DNA from: a virus
IMG/VR virus record: IMGVR_UViG_3300033146_002768
Coordinates: 34,305-98,304 of that record
Strand: one strand, 5' to 3'
Length of the DNA: 64,000 nucleotides
Shown here piece by piece: positions 45,206-54,905 of the stretch; the first letter of the stretch is position 1; each line of letters starts with the position of its first letter. The notes beneath the pieces were generated by a model, which searched no databases, was not told the DNA's origin, and saw nothing but the letters and a program-made list of their open reading frames with translations. The position numbers were made by a program, and so were the translations under genes.

Positions 45206-47734
45206 TTAATCCATTGTAAAAATTCTAATTGTTATATCATCTGCTGTAAAATACATCCACTCTGGAGTATATTCTAACAGTTGTTGTTGACTGAAATCAT
45301 CTATATTATAATCAAAGAATATTCCACTCTCTGGTTGTATTAAACGACAATGAGAAACACCATTGATATTATGAACTAAATCAATAATCTTAGATCGTCT
45401 AATGTCTAATTTCGGACCAAAAGAATCTTGATAGTATTCAATAATAGCGGTCTTAACATCATCTATTAAGTCGGTTTCACCTATAGATGAATCATTCACC
45501 TTAAACAATTCTATCTCAATTTTAAGAGGTATTCCATACTCAGGAACCTTCCATCCATACTCAGTATAAATATAATTAGATCCCTTATTTGTAATATATA
45601 CAATATCATTATCTTTAGGTTCTAAGAAACTCCAAATTTGAGCAGTTGCATCAACACAAGTTGCTATTTGATCTCTTTTACCTGACCAGGTACCACCTTC
45701 TATTCCAGTTACTATATATTTATCAGCTAAAAGTCCAATCGGTATTGTAGCTGATCCTATATCAACAACAGAATCTTTTGTAGGAGTATTCTTTAACATA
45801 TTTCTTGAAACTCCAGTAGTATTACACAATTTAATATTAATAAAATCAGTTAACATTCTATAATTTTTAAATTCAAATGATGACATATATGCTTGTAATA
45901 CTTGACTTTCAAATACTCTTTGATCAATACTATCATAATATGTTTTTAGAATAACAGGAATATCATATATTGTTGTTGTGCCCCCTGATACAACTGTGTT
46001 TGATAACATATAAGATTTTAAATCTCTCCTAAAAGTAAATTCAGCAGAGTATTGACTAATCAATGGTTGAAATAATAATGTAGTTGGATTACTAATAGTA
46101 AAATAAAATACTTGACTCCCCATAGGAATATCTAAATAATTTGTAAAAGTATATACAAATTTACCTCCTCCTACACCAGGTACATTTGTCATTATAAATG
46201 AATCATCGGTTGATACAATTTTCATTGAACATTCACAATTAGCAAAGTCAACCTCATTAGAATAATATGATAATTCAAATACTGCAGTTGATGTTGAATC
46301 ATTCGCTAGAATTTCTAAATTATTTATATGTAAATGATATAAGTCTTGTTGAGCATGATTCCAACTTTCAATTAATGTAGGAACTAATTCTAATTCTCTC
46401 ATTATATAATGATAGTAAGCAGCTTCATTCATATTATCAAGAGTCATTTCAAATAGTGTTGTATAATCAACACTATCAATATTAATTATAGTATTTCTTG
46501 GTAAATAAGTTGTTGTTGAAGGAACTTCATATTTGACATTTCTTGATGGAACTATATCTTTACCAAATTCTAATATAGTATACAATTGTATTTCATTAAC
46601 TTTTAAATCAGATCTTTTCAACACAGGAATTGAATTAGGTTTAATAGGTGCGTCAGGTATAACAACATCAAAATTTTGATAATCTTGCTCTGAAACTAAT
46701 CTATTTAAACTAGTAAGACTTTTAATAGAATTACTTCTAACTTGTTGCAGGTCTTCTTCATCTTCTCCATTATAAGCAGGTGAAGGATTTATAGCTGAGT
46801 AATCAACAATAGTGGTAACACCAGACTGTTGACTATAAATTCTATCTCCGGTTACTATTGAACCAGCTATAACATTTCCGTCTGTACCTTCTGTTTCTTG
46901 TATATGAATAACTGCAGTAGACCCAGATAATGGTTGTTGTCCTATTATACCATTTCCAAAATATATTTTTCTACCTTCTGGTGATACTCTTAAAACATAT
47001 CCATAATCATCATTACTCATTAAGTATAAACTATTAAATTGAGTATATAACCTACCAGTATCATTTTCTCCTGCATCCGGGTCTTTCATATATACTTCAA
47101 TTCCAGCAACTCTTCCAGCAATAGGAACATCAATATCAGTGAATTGAAATGGTTGAAGATCATCATCTATTTGAAATTCTTGAATAGATGTTTTATATTG
47201 TCTTGTAGGCATGATAAAGAAAAAGCTTGAGTCAGCAGATGTTGTATCTATATTTACAGGAACATCATATACCTTACCATCTTGATCAGATGATATTGTT
47301 ATAGATGTATTATTTGTTATAGTTACTGTTGTACTATAATAAGTTATGAAAGTAAATCCTTCTGCAGTTGTAAATTTAAAACCAGACGGAATGTTGAATA
47401 TAGTGTTAGGATCATCAAATGGTAAAGGAATTTGCATTAATACATCAGCAACCGCATACTTAGCTTCTTTCGGACTATACCCAAGAAATGAACTTAAGTT
47501 ATGAATTGATTCTGGTAGTTGTGCTTGAGTAAGAAAGAATTCTCGATAGATATTGCTTTGATAGAACATTAAGTTAGATGATAAGGTTGTAAGAATATCT
47601 ATTATATATGATAGAAATGAAGACTGAGTGAGATCTACTTCATTCAACTCCATATATTGTTGAAGAAAATCTATTACTTGTGCTCTTATAGCATCTCTTG
47701 ATGCGTAAATTGTCTCAGATACTGGTGTTGTCAT
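45206..47734 (-). CDS. putative baseplate wedge protein (J/gp6-like) by size and position
   Basis: 842 aa. Adjacent to and co-transcribed with the gp25-like gene. No motif confirmation. Confidence 0.4.
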   Translation of the reverse strand: MTTPVSETIYASRDAIRAQVIDFLQQYMELNEVDLTQSSFLSYIIDILTTLSSNLMFYQSNIYREFFLTQAQLPESIHNLSSFLGYSPKEAKYAVADVLMQIPLPFDDPNTIFNIPSGFKFTTAEGFTFITYYSTTVTITNNTSITISSDQDGKVYDVPVNIDTTSADSSFFFIMPTRQYKTSIQEFQIDDDLQPFQFTDIDVPIAGRVAGIEVYMKDPDAGENDTGRLYTQFNSLYLMSNDDYGYVLRVSPEGRKIYFGNGIIGQQPLSGSTAVIHIQETEGTDGNVIAGSIVTGDRIYSQQSGVTTIVDYSAINPSPAYNGEDEEDLQQVRSNSIKSLTSLNRLVSEQDYQNFDVVIPDAPIKPNSIPVLKRSDLKVNEIQLYTILEFGKDIVPSRNVKYEVPSTTTYLPRNTIINIDSVDYTTLFEMTLDNMNEAAYYHYIMRELELVPTLIESWNHAQQDLYHLHINNLEILANDSTSTAVFELSYYSNEVDFANCECSMKIVSTDDSFIMTNVPGVGGGKFVYTFTNYLDIPMGSQVFYFTISNPTTLLFQPLISQYSAEFTFRRDLKSYMLSNTVVSGGTTTIYDIPVILKTYYDSIDQRVFESQVLQAYMSSFEFKNYRMLTDFINIKLCNTTGVSRNMLKNTPTKDSVVDIGSATIPIGLLADKYIVTGIEGGTWSGKRDQIATCVDATAQIWSFLEPKDNDIVYITNKGSNYIYTEYGWKVPEYGIPLKIEIELFKVNDSSIGETDLIDDVKTAIIEYYQDSFGPKLDIRRSKIIDLVHNINGVSHCRLIQPESGIFFDYNIDDFSQQQLLEYTPEWMYFTADDITIRIFTMD

Positions 47735-47742
47735 AATTACCT

Positions 47743-48387
47743 CTATCCTTCAAGTAGACCTGAATTATCGTTCCACATGTCCACAAGATTATTTTTTAGT
47801 TCCTCATCCTTAGCAAGCATTTTTGCTAAAGTTGCCGCTTCCTCTACTGTATGAACTTTTTTGTCATAATCAAAAAATACATATGTATCTTCTGTTTTAG
47901 CTTCTAATTTTTCTGTTCCTTTGCTATCATATACTTTACATCTTAATTTCCAATATCGTTTTTCTGTATTAGGATAAGGTTCAACCCCAGTGACTTTAAA
48001 TATTGGGTAAGAATCATTTTCGGATTGTAAAAATTCTGATTCAAATTTTACAATATCTCCTGCATATGGAGTTATACCATAAACAGAAGGAAAGACAATG
48101 CTTGTTTCTTGTTCTTTTATTAGTCCTGTTTCAGAACCATCAAACTGTGTTGATATTTCCTCTGAAAAATATACAGGTAGTAATAAGTATTTGTCCCATT
48201 TCATACCAGACAACTTACCTGTTTGTTCATAAGCACCGCCCATTAATTGTTCTTTATCCCACACAGTAGTGTCTTTATTGATATTCCAGTAAGTTGTTAA
48301 AAATGCTACTCCGTGCTTACTATAGACATCTAAAACGAGCTCTTGGTATTCATGTATATATTCATAGAGGCGAGACCAGTTTTGCAT
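47743..48387 (-). CDS. hypothetical baseplate-module protein
   Basis: 214-aa ORF. Confidence 0.45.
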   Translation of the reverse strand: MQNWSRLYEYIHEYQELVLDVYSKHGVAFLTTYWNINKDTTVWDKEQLMGGAYEQTGKLSGMKWDKYLLLPVYFSEEISTQFDGSETGLIKEQETSIVFPSVYGITPYAGDIVKFESEFLQSENDSYPIFKVTGVEPYPNTEKRYWKLRCKVYDSKGTEKLEAKTEDTYVFFDYDKKVHTVEEAATLAKMLAKDEELKNNLVDMWNDNSGLLEG

Positions 48388-48390
48388 TTT

Positions 48391-48903
48391 TTACCTCTTT
48401 TTTATGGAAGCCATAAATTTAGACATTAAAGGTTTAGCTATGGTTTTCTTCTTTAATGCTTTCATTTTCATTTGAATTTTATTTTTAATATTATCAGGTT
48501 GAATAGCTTTAAATTTACCTTCGATAAAATATATTCTTATATCACCTTCGCTGTATTCATTAGAAAAAGATATTATATAATGAGAATTTAAATACCTACC
48601 CTTTTTCTTTAAAATTATTTTAAATTTATCTTCACTTTCTTTAGGTATATCACAAAATATTTCTTCTAGTTGTACAAAATTTTCAGATTCTTCAAAATCA
48701 TCTATAAAAACATCAATATATTCTGATGGTGCTCTTAATAACATTTGAGACACATATCTTCCATCTTCCATCTCGCCTAATATATTTAAAACCCAAAAAG
48801 TTTTCCCCATCTCAATAATAAATATTTGAACATTACCTACATGTTTCTTTACAAAAATTCCCTTGTAGGTTTTTATAATGCCATAAATTATTCTTTTTCT
48901 CAT
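48391..48903 (-). CDS. hypothetical baseplate-module protein
   Basis: 170-aa ORF. Confidence 0.45.
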   Translation of the reverse strand: MRKRIIYGIIKTYKGIFVKKHVGNVQIFIIEMGKTFWVLNILGEMEDGRYVSQMLLRAPSEYIDVFIDDFEESENFVQLEEIFCDIPKESEDKFKIILKKKGRYLNSHYIISFSNEYSEGDIRIYFIEGKFKAIQPDNIKNKIQMKMKALKKKTIAKPLMSKFMASIKKR

Positions 48904-49028
48904 AATATTTCCTATTGATTATATATTAAAAATGTTACAATTAGGTTTTTAACTAGTTGATTTTATTCTAAAAATTTTGACTATTTTTAAGGTTCTTGAT
49001 AAACACCAGGAACCATTTAAGTTTGTTT

Positions 49029-49457
49029 CTAACCCTCTAATCTTAAAACATTTTGGTCATTTATCTCTACTTCTAATGCTGCTGAATCACCTTTGTATTC
49101 TAAATCAATGTTGACAATAAAGCCATGTCGATCCCCCATAAATGATATATTTATGTTAGTTAACATAGCTCTATTATCATATAACATTAATCTATATTGT
49201 ATCTCTTGTTTTATATTTTCTATAGTTACATCATCAGCAGGGTCAAATATATATTTATACAAGTTACTCCCATATTCAGGATTAGCAACATAAGTTCTAA
49301 TTGGAGTTAATAATATATTATTCCATGAAGTTAAGATAGCTTGGATATTATTAACCATAGAAAAATCACCTGATGCAGCTACTACAGGAATATAATCGGT
49401 AATCTTTTCTTTAGACCCAACTACATTTTTATGAAATTTTTCTAATGCTGAACTCAT
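49029..49457 (-). CDS. baseplate wedge protein, GPW/gp25-like
   Basis: About 140 aa. ...NIQAILTSWNNILLTPIRTYVANPEYGSNLYKYIFDP...IKQEIQYRL fits the gp25/GPW lysozyme-like family pattern. Confidence 0.6.
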   Translation of the reverse strand: MSSALEKFHKNVVGSKEKITDYIPVVAASGDFSMVNNIQAILTSWNNILLTPIRTYVANPEYGSNLYKYIFDPADDVTIENIKQEIQYRLMLYDNRAMLTNINISFMGDRHGFIVNIDLEYKGDSAALEVEINDQNVLRLEG

Positions 49458-49687
49458 TATCGTTTCTTCTCCTCTATTAGTTTCATTCTTTGATCTTCTA
49501 TATCAGCTTTCCATTTTAAAAGATCATTGAATCGTTTGACTGGCATAAACATTACATCTAAATAACCTTGGTGAAGCATTTCTATGCAGGCGTTTATCGA
49601 ATCACTCAAAATTTCCTTATAATTTTCTATAAGGTTATGCTGAGTACACCATGCGAAAAAATTGAGAAACCAAATCGATATCCACAT
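49457..49687 (-). CDS. small hypothetical protein
   Basis: 76-aa ORF. Confidence 0.3.
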   Translation of the reverse strand: MWISIWFLNFFAWCTQHNLIENYKEILSDSINACIEMLHQGYLDVMFMPVKRFNDLLKWKADIEDQRMKLIEEKKR

Positions 49688-50426
49688 CCTCTTCCGCAGA
49701 ACAATGCGGACAAAATGTTTTCATTTTTAAATCAACCCCATACTTACCAAATTCTTCTTGATAAGTTTTATGGATGATTCTTTTATCCCTGGCAGGTAAA
49801 GTTAGATAAGCATCTAAAACATCTACTCTATCAGAATAAGTCTTAGGTTTCTTATCACTTTCAATATCTTGCTCAAATCTAAGAACTATCAATGTTTCAG
49901 TGATAAGCTCTATTGAAGACCCAGGTCTACTGCTTAGATTTTTAATTGCCATCATTTCATCATATAATGATGGTTGTCTTATAACTGCAGTAACACCCTT
50001 TGATACTGGTAGTTTAATTGAAATTTGTTTCTTTAGAATATCTTTATCAGGAAACATATTAAAATTAAAAGTGTCAGATGCTTGAATAGTAACTGGGTAA
50101 CTCTTACTACATGTTGAACATGTTATATCATAATTTCTTACTTCTTCATAAGTAATATGATATAAACCATATAACAATGCGTCCCTATCTTTAAGAGTAC
50201 AAGTCTTTAAAAAAGTTTCAAAGTCTTTAATCTTTGCTGGTTTCTTAACAAGAGTTTCATAAATACATTTGTTTAAATGTTCGGTAATTTTATTTGGTGA
50301 TACTAAACTACCTTTCATTCTCTCTTCTTCAGAAACGTTTAAACTCCTTACATTGAATGCAAGATTAGTATGTGGTGTATTAACCTCATACTCCGGATAC
50401 TTTAAATCAAATCCTGTAAATGGCAT
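49635..50426 (-). CDS. hypothetical protein with CxxC...CxxC zinc-ribbon motifs
   Basis: ITCSTCSK and FCPHCSAEE. Confidence 0.45.
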   Translation of the reverse strand: MPFTGFDLKYPEYEVNTPHTNLAFNVRSLNVSEEERMKGSLVSPNKITEHLNKCIYETLVKKPAKIKDFETFLKTCTLKDRDALLYGLYHITYEEVRNYDITCSTCSKSYPVTIQASDTFNFNMFPDKDILKKQISIKLPVSKGVTAVIRQPSLYDEMMAIKNLSSRPGSSIELITETLIVLRFEQDIESDKKPKTYSDRVDVLDAYLTLPARDKRIIHKTYQEEFGKYGVDLKMKTFCPHCSAEEDVDIDLVSQFFRMVYSA

Positions 50427-50469
50427 TTTAAATCTCCCTTTCCTTCATATCTATAATGTTGTGTTTCAT

Positions 50470-51216
50470 TTACTTCTTAATGTTATCTACTTTAGACTGT
50501 AACTTACCGATTTTCTTTTGTAAACTCTTTTTACAGGCATCAGCATTTTTAGCTTTGTTACAAGTCGACATTCCAGACCTTAGTTTTGCTATTTTCATTG
50601 TTAATGCTTTATTTTTATAAGATCTCATGCAAGCTGCTTTTTCAGGTTTTCCTTTACATACTTTAGCAGCTTTACTTAAAAAGTTTTGATATATTTTATT
50701 AGCAGCAAATGCTATAATAGTAGCTGCTGCGCCACCAGCGACTCCAACTGCTATAGTTTGTAATGGTCCTTCTGATGCTTTAGAAGCTGCTGCATCTACT
50801 GTTGCTTTAGTTCCTTTTGCTAACATTGATTTAGAATTAGACATTGCTGTCTTCATACTATTATATAATTTTTGTCCATAATTTTGTTGAGGTGATGCCT
50901 CTAGTATAAATTCCGAAATAATTTTTGATGAAGACAAATTATATTCACATATCGGACCCATTTCAAAAAACAATTTCTTTAACTCTTTATCTTCAATGAT
51001 CTCTTGAATTATGTTTTGAAATAAATTCCATACTTTATATTCTTCACTTATATTATATTTTGTTTCAGGTATTTTATTATTGACTAAGATATTAATTATT
51101 TGATAATCAGAAGCTTCATTTTGAATAAAATATTGTAACTCTTTATTATCGGACATTTCACATATAGTATTTCTTCCTATACTTAAAAATAATAGAGAGT
51201 TTTTAATATTTTTCAT
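50470..51216 (-). CDS. Lys/Ala-rich basic-tailed protein, paralog of 51608-52504
   Basis: Shared N-terminal LFL.I.RN..CE...YIQNEASDY and FEMGP. Basic C-terminal tail. Confidence 0.5.
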   Translation of the reverse strand: MKNIKNSLLFLSIGRNTICEMSDNKELQYFIQNEASDYQIINILVNNKIPETKYNISEEYKVWNLFQNIIQEIIEDKELKKLFFEMGPICEYNLSSSKIISEFILEASPQQNYGQKLYNSMKTAMSNSKSMLAKGTKATVDAAASKASEGPLQTIAVGVAGGAAATIIAFAANKIYQNFLSKAAKVCKGKPEKAACMRSYKNKALTMKIAKLRSGMSTCNKAKNADACKKSLQKKIGKLQSKVDNIKK

Positions 51217-51217
51217 T

Positions 51218-51526
51218 TTATTTTTTCCTATTATTTTTTAGTGAAGCAACTTTTTTAGATGCCATGATTTTTTTATTATCATTATCAAATCGTTGAAAAT
51301 CTTCAACGCTGCCAAGTGGTTTATTTGGATTTTTTCTTTTATATTCTTCTACTTCTTTTTTTTGTTGTTTAACTCTTTTCAAAAAATTAGAAAATTTACC
51401 CTCACTCATTAAACTTTCTTTTAAACGATCCCAACCTTTATTAAAAATAAAATCGTTAACTTCACTAAGATTTGTTATTCCTTCTTCTTTAATAAGAGAT
51501 TGTATATGTTTTTTAATAAGATTCAT
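51218..51526 (-). CDS. hypothetical basic protein
   Basis: 102-aa ORF. Confidence 0.4.
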   Translation of the reverse strand: MNLIKKHIQSLIKEEGITNLSEVNDFIFNKGWDRLKESLMSEGKFSNFLKRVKQQKKEVEEYKRKNPNKPLGSVEDFQRFDNDNKKIMASKKVASLKNNRKK

Positions 51527-51607
51527 GGTTATATTTTCTCCGTTACTATGAAAAAAAATAGTCGAACTTTAATTAAAAAGTCCGACTATTTTATTATTTA
51601 ACTATCT

Positions 51608-52504
51608 TTATTTCTTTTTAGCTTTTTTAATTTTAGCTTGAGCTTTAGCCATACCTTTCTCAGCAGCAGCTTTAGCTTCTGGAGTCTTAGCAGCAGCTCG
51701 TTTTGCTTTCCAAGCTTTATATGCTTTATAAAGACCATAAATACCAGCAGCGCCAAGAGCAGCAGCACCAGCATATTTTCCGCCTTGAATAGCTTTTCCC
51801 TTTAATGCTTCTCTTTTTTTCATTTTTTCTTTATAAGCAGCAGTATTTGTTCTATCAGTTTGATTCATTTTAAAAAGTTGACCTTGAGGAGATTTTTGCC
51901 AATCTTTCTTAGCATTATCAGCAGATATTCCAGCAAGTTGTTTTTTACTGTCTTGTCTTCTCATTTTTTCTCTATACTCTGGAGAACTATTTAAATTAGA
52001 AGTATGTTGAGCTTTTTTCATACTTTTTGATGTTTTTTTCCAGCTAGCAACTTCAGCACTTTGAGCACGTTTAGCTTTATTTTTCTTTCTTGCATCATCT
52101 TCCCAAGAACCTTCATTAAGTGCATCAGGATCTAATTGCCCATTTTCTCTTGCAAACTCAAGAATAGGAGCAGCAGAAGAAAGACCTAAATCTGAAACAG
52201 GTCCCATTTCAAATATCAATGTATTGATATCTGCTGGTCTACAAGTTTCTCCAATAATATCTAAATTTTCTACTATACCTCTTCTAAACATTTCCCAAAC
52301 TGCTAACTCATTTCCAGAGTCAAATTTTTGTTCAGGCATTTCACCTAAAGTGATAAGGTGCATTACTTCATAATCAGAAGCTTCGTTCTGAATATAACTT
52401 GTTAATTCTTGTTTGCTATCAACATCTGAATCATTGATTGATTCACATACTTGATTTCTTGCTATTTTTAGAAAAAACAAAGTTTCTAGTGTTGGATGTA
52501 ACAT
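51608..52504 (-). CDS. Lys/Ala-rich basic-tailed protein (histone H1-like tail), paralog of 50470-51216
   Basis: YIQNEASDY, FEMGP. C-terminal AKRAAAKTPEAKAAAEKGMAKAQAKIKKAKKK. Confidence 0.5.
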   Translation of the reverse strand: MLHPTLETLFFLKIARNQVCESINDSDVDSKQELTSYIQNEASDYEVMHLITLGEMPEQKFDSGNELAVWEMFRRGIVENLDIIGETCRPADINTLIFEMGPVSDLGLSSAAPILEFARENGQLDPDALNEGSWEDDARKKNKAKRAQSAEVASWKKTSKSMKKAQHTSNLNSSPEYREKMRRQDSKKQLAGISADNAKKDWQKSPQGQLFKMNQTDRTNTAAYKEKMKKREALKGKAIQGGKYAGAAALGAAGIYGLYKAYKAWKAKRAAAKTPEAKAAAEKGMAKAQAKIKKAKKK

Positions 52505-52539
52505 AATATTCCTCCTGTTTGTATTTACTTTTTTTTATA

Positions 52540-53268
52540 TTATTTATTTGATTTACCGTATTGACTAATTACACCATCTTTTCCATTAGCTGGATTAATA
52601 TGAGTTTTATGGAATGATAGACATTTATCATAAACCCATTTTTCATGCCATGCATAATCAACATTAAATTCTATTTCTATATCTAATTTTCCTATACTTT
52701 CTACATCACTTGCATGTAAATCAGCAGGATCTTTAGTTGGAAATACACCATCGTAACAAGCATAATATTCAATAGTCTTGGCATCTGGAGCAGTTGTCCA
52801 GTAATATAATAATGATGAATAACTAGATTTTGAATAACCTTTACCACCATCTGTATCTTCTTGATTAGAAGCTCCAGTTCTATAATCTCGCATCATTTTT
52901 ACCCAAGCATGCATCATACTTGTAATAGGCAATCCTTGCATTTCAGTAAATTTTACAGATACTGAATTACCATAATCAAGATTACCAGGTACTGCCCATT
53001 TTACTCCACCGAGTCCAGTGAACTCAATTTTATTAAGTGTTCCGCCAGGAGGCGTTACACCTGTGCATGTTGCAGCTAAAACCTTTTGTCTTTGACCTAA
53101 TTCTAATGAACCACTTGCTTGATCATCTAAGTTAAAAGTAGGCAATTTATCAAACCATATAAAATGATATCCAGTTATATAAGGATCGGCAACACCAGTA
53201 GTGTGTCCTCCCCAACGTCTTGATAACATATTATCTGCTGTTTTTATAAAAGCATTCTTTAAAGCCAT
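52540..53268 (-). CDS. hypothetical structural protein
   Basis: 242-aa ORF with strong RBS GGAGGAATAAAT. Confidence 0.5.
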   Translation of the reverse strand: MALKNAFIKTADNMLSRRWGGHTTGVADPYITGYHFIWFDKLPTFNLDDQASGSLELGQRQKVLAATCTGVTPPGGTLNKIEFTGLGGVKWAVPGNLDYGNSVSVKFTEMQGLPITSMMHAWVKMMRDYRTGASNQEDTDGGKGYSKSSYSSLLYYWTTAPDAKTIEYYACYDGVFPTKDPADLHASDVESIGKLDIEIEFNVDYAWHEKWVYDKCLSFHKTHINPANGKDGVISQYGKSNK

Positions 53269-53385
53269 ATTTATTCCTCCGTGCTAATATTTCTTTTATA
53301 AGATTTTAAATCCTTTTAAGGATCTTGAAAGTTTTCATTATATCCAAATTTTTATTCATTCTTATACCTTCAAACTATGATCCCG

Positions 53386-53396
53386 ATATATATTAA
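53386..53396. promoter_or_regulatory. ATATATATTAA motif copy in the divergent intergenic region 53269-53513
   Basis: Exact 11-mer. Confidence 0.4.
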
Positions 53397-53454
53397 GTTT
53401 ATATTTTGTTCTAAATAAAATGTTAATTAGTCTTCCATTGTAACTTGTTTTGTT

Positions 53455-53465
53455 ATATATATTAA
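53455..53465. promoter_or_regulatory. ATATATATTAA motif copy (extended tTATATATATTAAttag), about 48 nt upstream of the ATG at 53514
   Basis: Exact 11-mer. Confidence 0.4.
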
Positions 53466-53513
53466 TTAGTAGTTAAAGGTGGATTATTATAAACTTTTTA
53501 TGAGAGGTGGGTT

Positions 53514-54494
53514 ATGAAAAAATTAAAGGGCATTGAAAAACTTGGAGAACATATGAATAGTTTTCCAAAATCAAGCAGTCCTTTTGGCAAAGGTGTCAAG
53601 GAGTTTATTCAAACAGAAGAAAAACTTGACGTAATACAAACTTATAATGAAAACATAAAATCAGGTCATGTGTATAGACATCAAAAAGTTAATTTTGTCA
53701 ATACACCAACAGAAACTAAAACATTTATGCCTAAGGAAGTATGGAGGATTAATAATATGAAAGAATTTATGTTTGTTGCAGAATGTCGTAAACGTGGATT
53801 AGCAGATGTTGATGGACAGCTAATCATCAAAGGTTCAATAACTACTACAGTTAGACATATGATAATAATATGTTTATCTGATTTGCATCGTGTGTTTCTT
53901 ATGATGAATAATAAAATTAAACCAAAGAATACCATGCGTAGTGTTGAAGGTGGGTTCTTTTTTAGAGTTGGTGATCTAGTCAATTTTATATCATATCATT
54001 TTCCAGATGATCTTGCCCTCATTAAAAAGGCTAACAAATCTGACATTCTTAAAAGTATTCATAAGAATATTGAAATGAATCAAGTTCGGAAAAGGAAGCC
54101 TCTTGGTATATTTAAAGTAGTTCCTGTAGGTGGTCTAAATGAATACTGGATGGATAAGGTTATATCATTATTTACACCGGAACAACTTGAATTAATTTTA
54201 AGTAATTCTTTAAAAAGCCCTCATTATACAAAGGTTCAGTATAATCAAATGATTAAATCTCTTGGATTAACTTTCCAGGGTCCGATTACTCAAAAGATTA
54301 ACCCTGAAGAACCAAAAACTCCATCTCATGATGATAGCGCTCTTGAAAATAGAGTTGTTGATAGAGTGGTCAAAGTTATGTTGGCAGCTAAAGCAAATAT
54401 CAAAACCATTGATATCAATGCTTTCATAGATAACATGCCTGCTGGTGATAGCGCAGAAATTTCAGTAAAGTATACAAAAGCCTCTGGTGAATAG
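53514..54494 (+). CDS. hypothetical protein (326 aa)
   Basis: GAGAGGTGG RBS. Confidence 0.5.
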   Translation: MKKLKGIEKLGEHMNSFPKSSSPFGKGVKEFIQTEEKLDVIQTYNENIKSGHVYRHQKVNFVNTPTETKTFMPKEVWRINNMKEFMFVAECRKRGLADVDGQLIIKGSITTTVRHMIIICLSDLHRVFLMMNNKIKPKNTMRSVEGGFFFRVGDLVNFISYHFPDDLALIKKANKSDILKSIHKNIEMNQVRKRKPLGIFKVVPVGGLNEYWMDKVISLFTPEQLELILSNSLKSPHYTKVQYNQMIKSLGLTFQGPITQKINPEEPKTPSHDDSALENRVVDRVVKVMLAAKANIKTIDINAFIDNMPAGDSAEISVKYTKASGE

Positions 54495-54513
54495 TCCACC
54501 TTGACGCCGGGCG

Positions 54514-54561
54514 ATACTCCCACATCATTGATTAATTTCTTTGATATGGGAGTATTTTTTT
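54514..54561 (+). terminator. Rho-independent terminator: 9-bp stem ATACTCCCA / TGGGAGTAT, long structured loop, T7 run
   Basis: Read from the sequence. Confidence 0.65.
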
Positions 54562-54565
54562 GTCG

Positions 54566-54763
54566 CTATTTTGCTTTGTCGTTTGAAATCGAGAAAGAAC
54601 GGAAATCTTTTAGTTGATTTGCAATAGCCATACTGAGTTTTCTAGCCTTTAAAGCTTTTGTTTTGCTTCCACGACCTTCTTTACCACCCTCAGCCATTTC
54701 AACAAATTCTTCAAATGCTTCTCTCAAAGTTTCTACAGATTCATTATACTCTGGTAAACTCAT
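54566..54763 (-). CDS. small basic protein
   Basis: 65-aa ORF. AAGGAGAT RBS. Confidence 0.4.
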   Translation of the reverse strand: MSLPEYNESVETLREAFEEFVEMAEGGKEGRGSKTKALKARKLSMAIANQLKDFRSFSISNDKAK

Positions 54764-54905
54764 GATAATCTCCTTTATTGTTTTATTATAATATCTACAA
54801 TACTTATAGATTTAATATATGTTCTTATATAAATACTATATCAGCATGTATACGGAAAAAACAGAGAATAGAAGACTTTAACATATTCTATTCCCTGCTT
54901 GTTAC

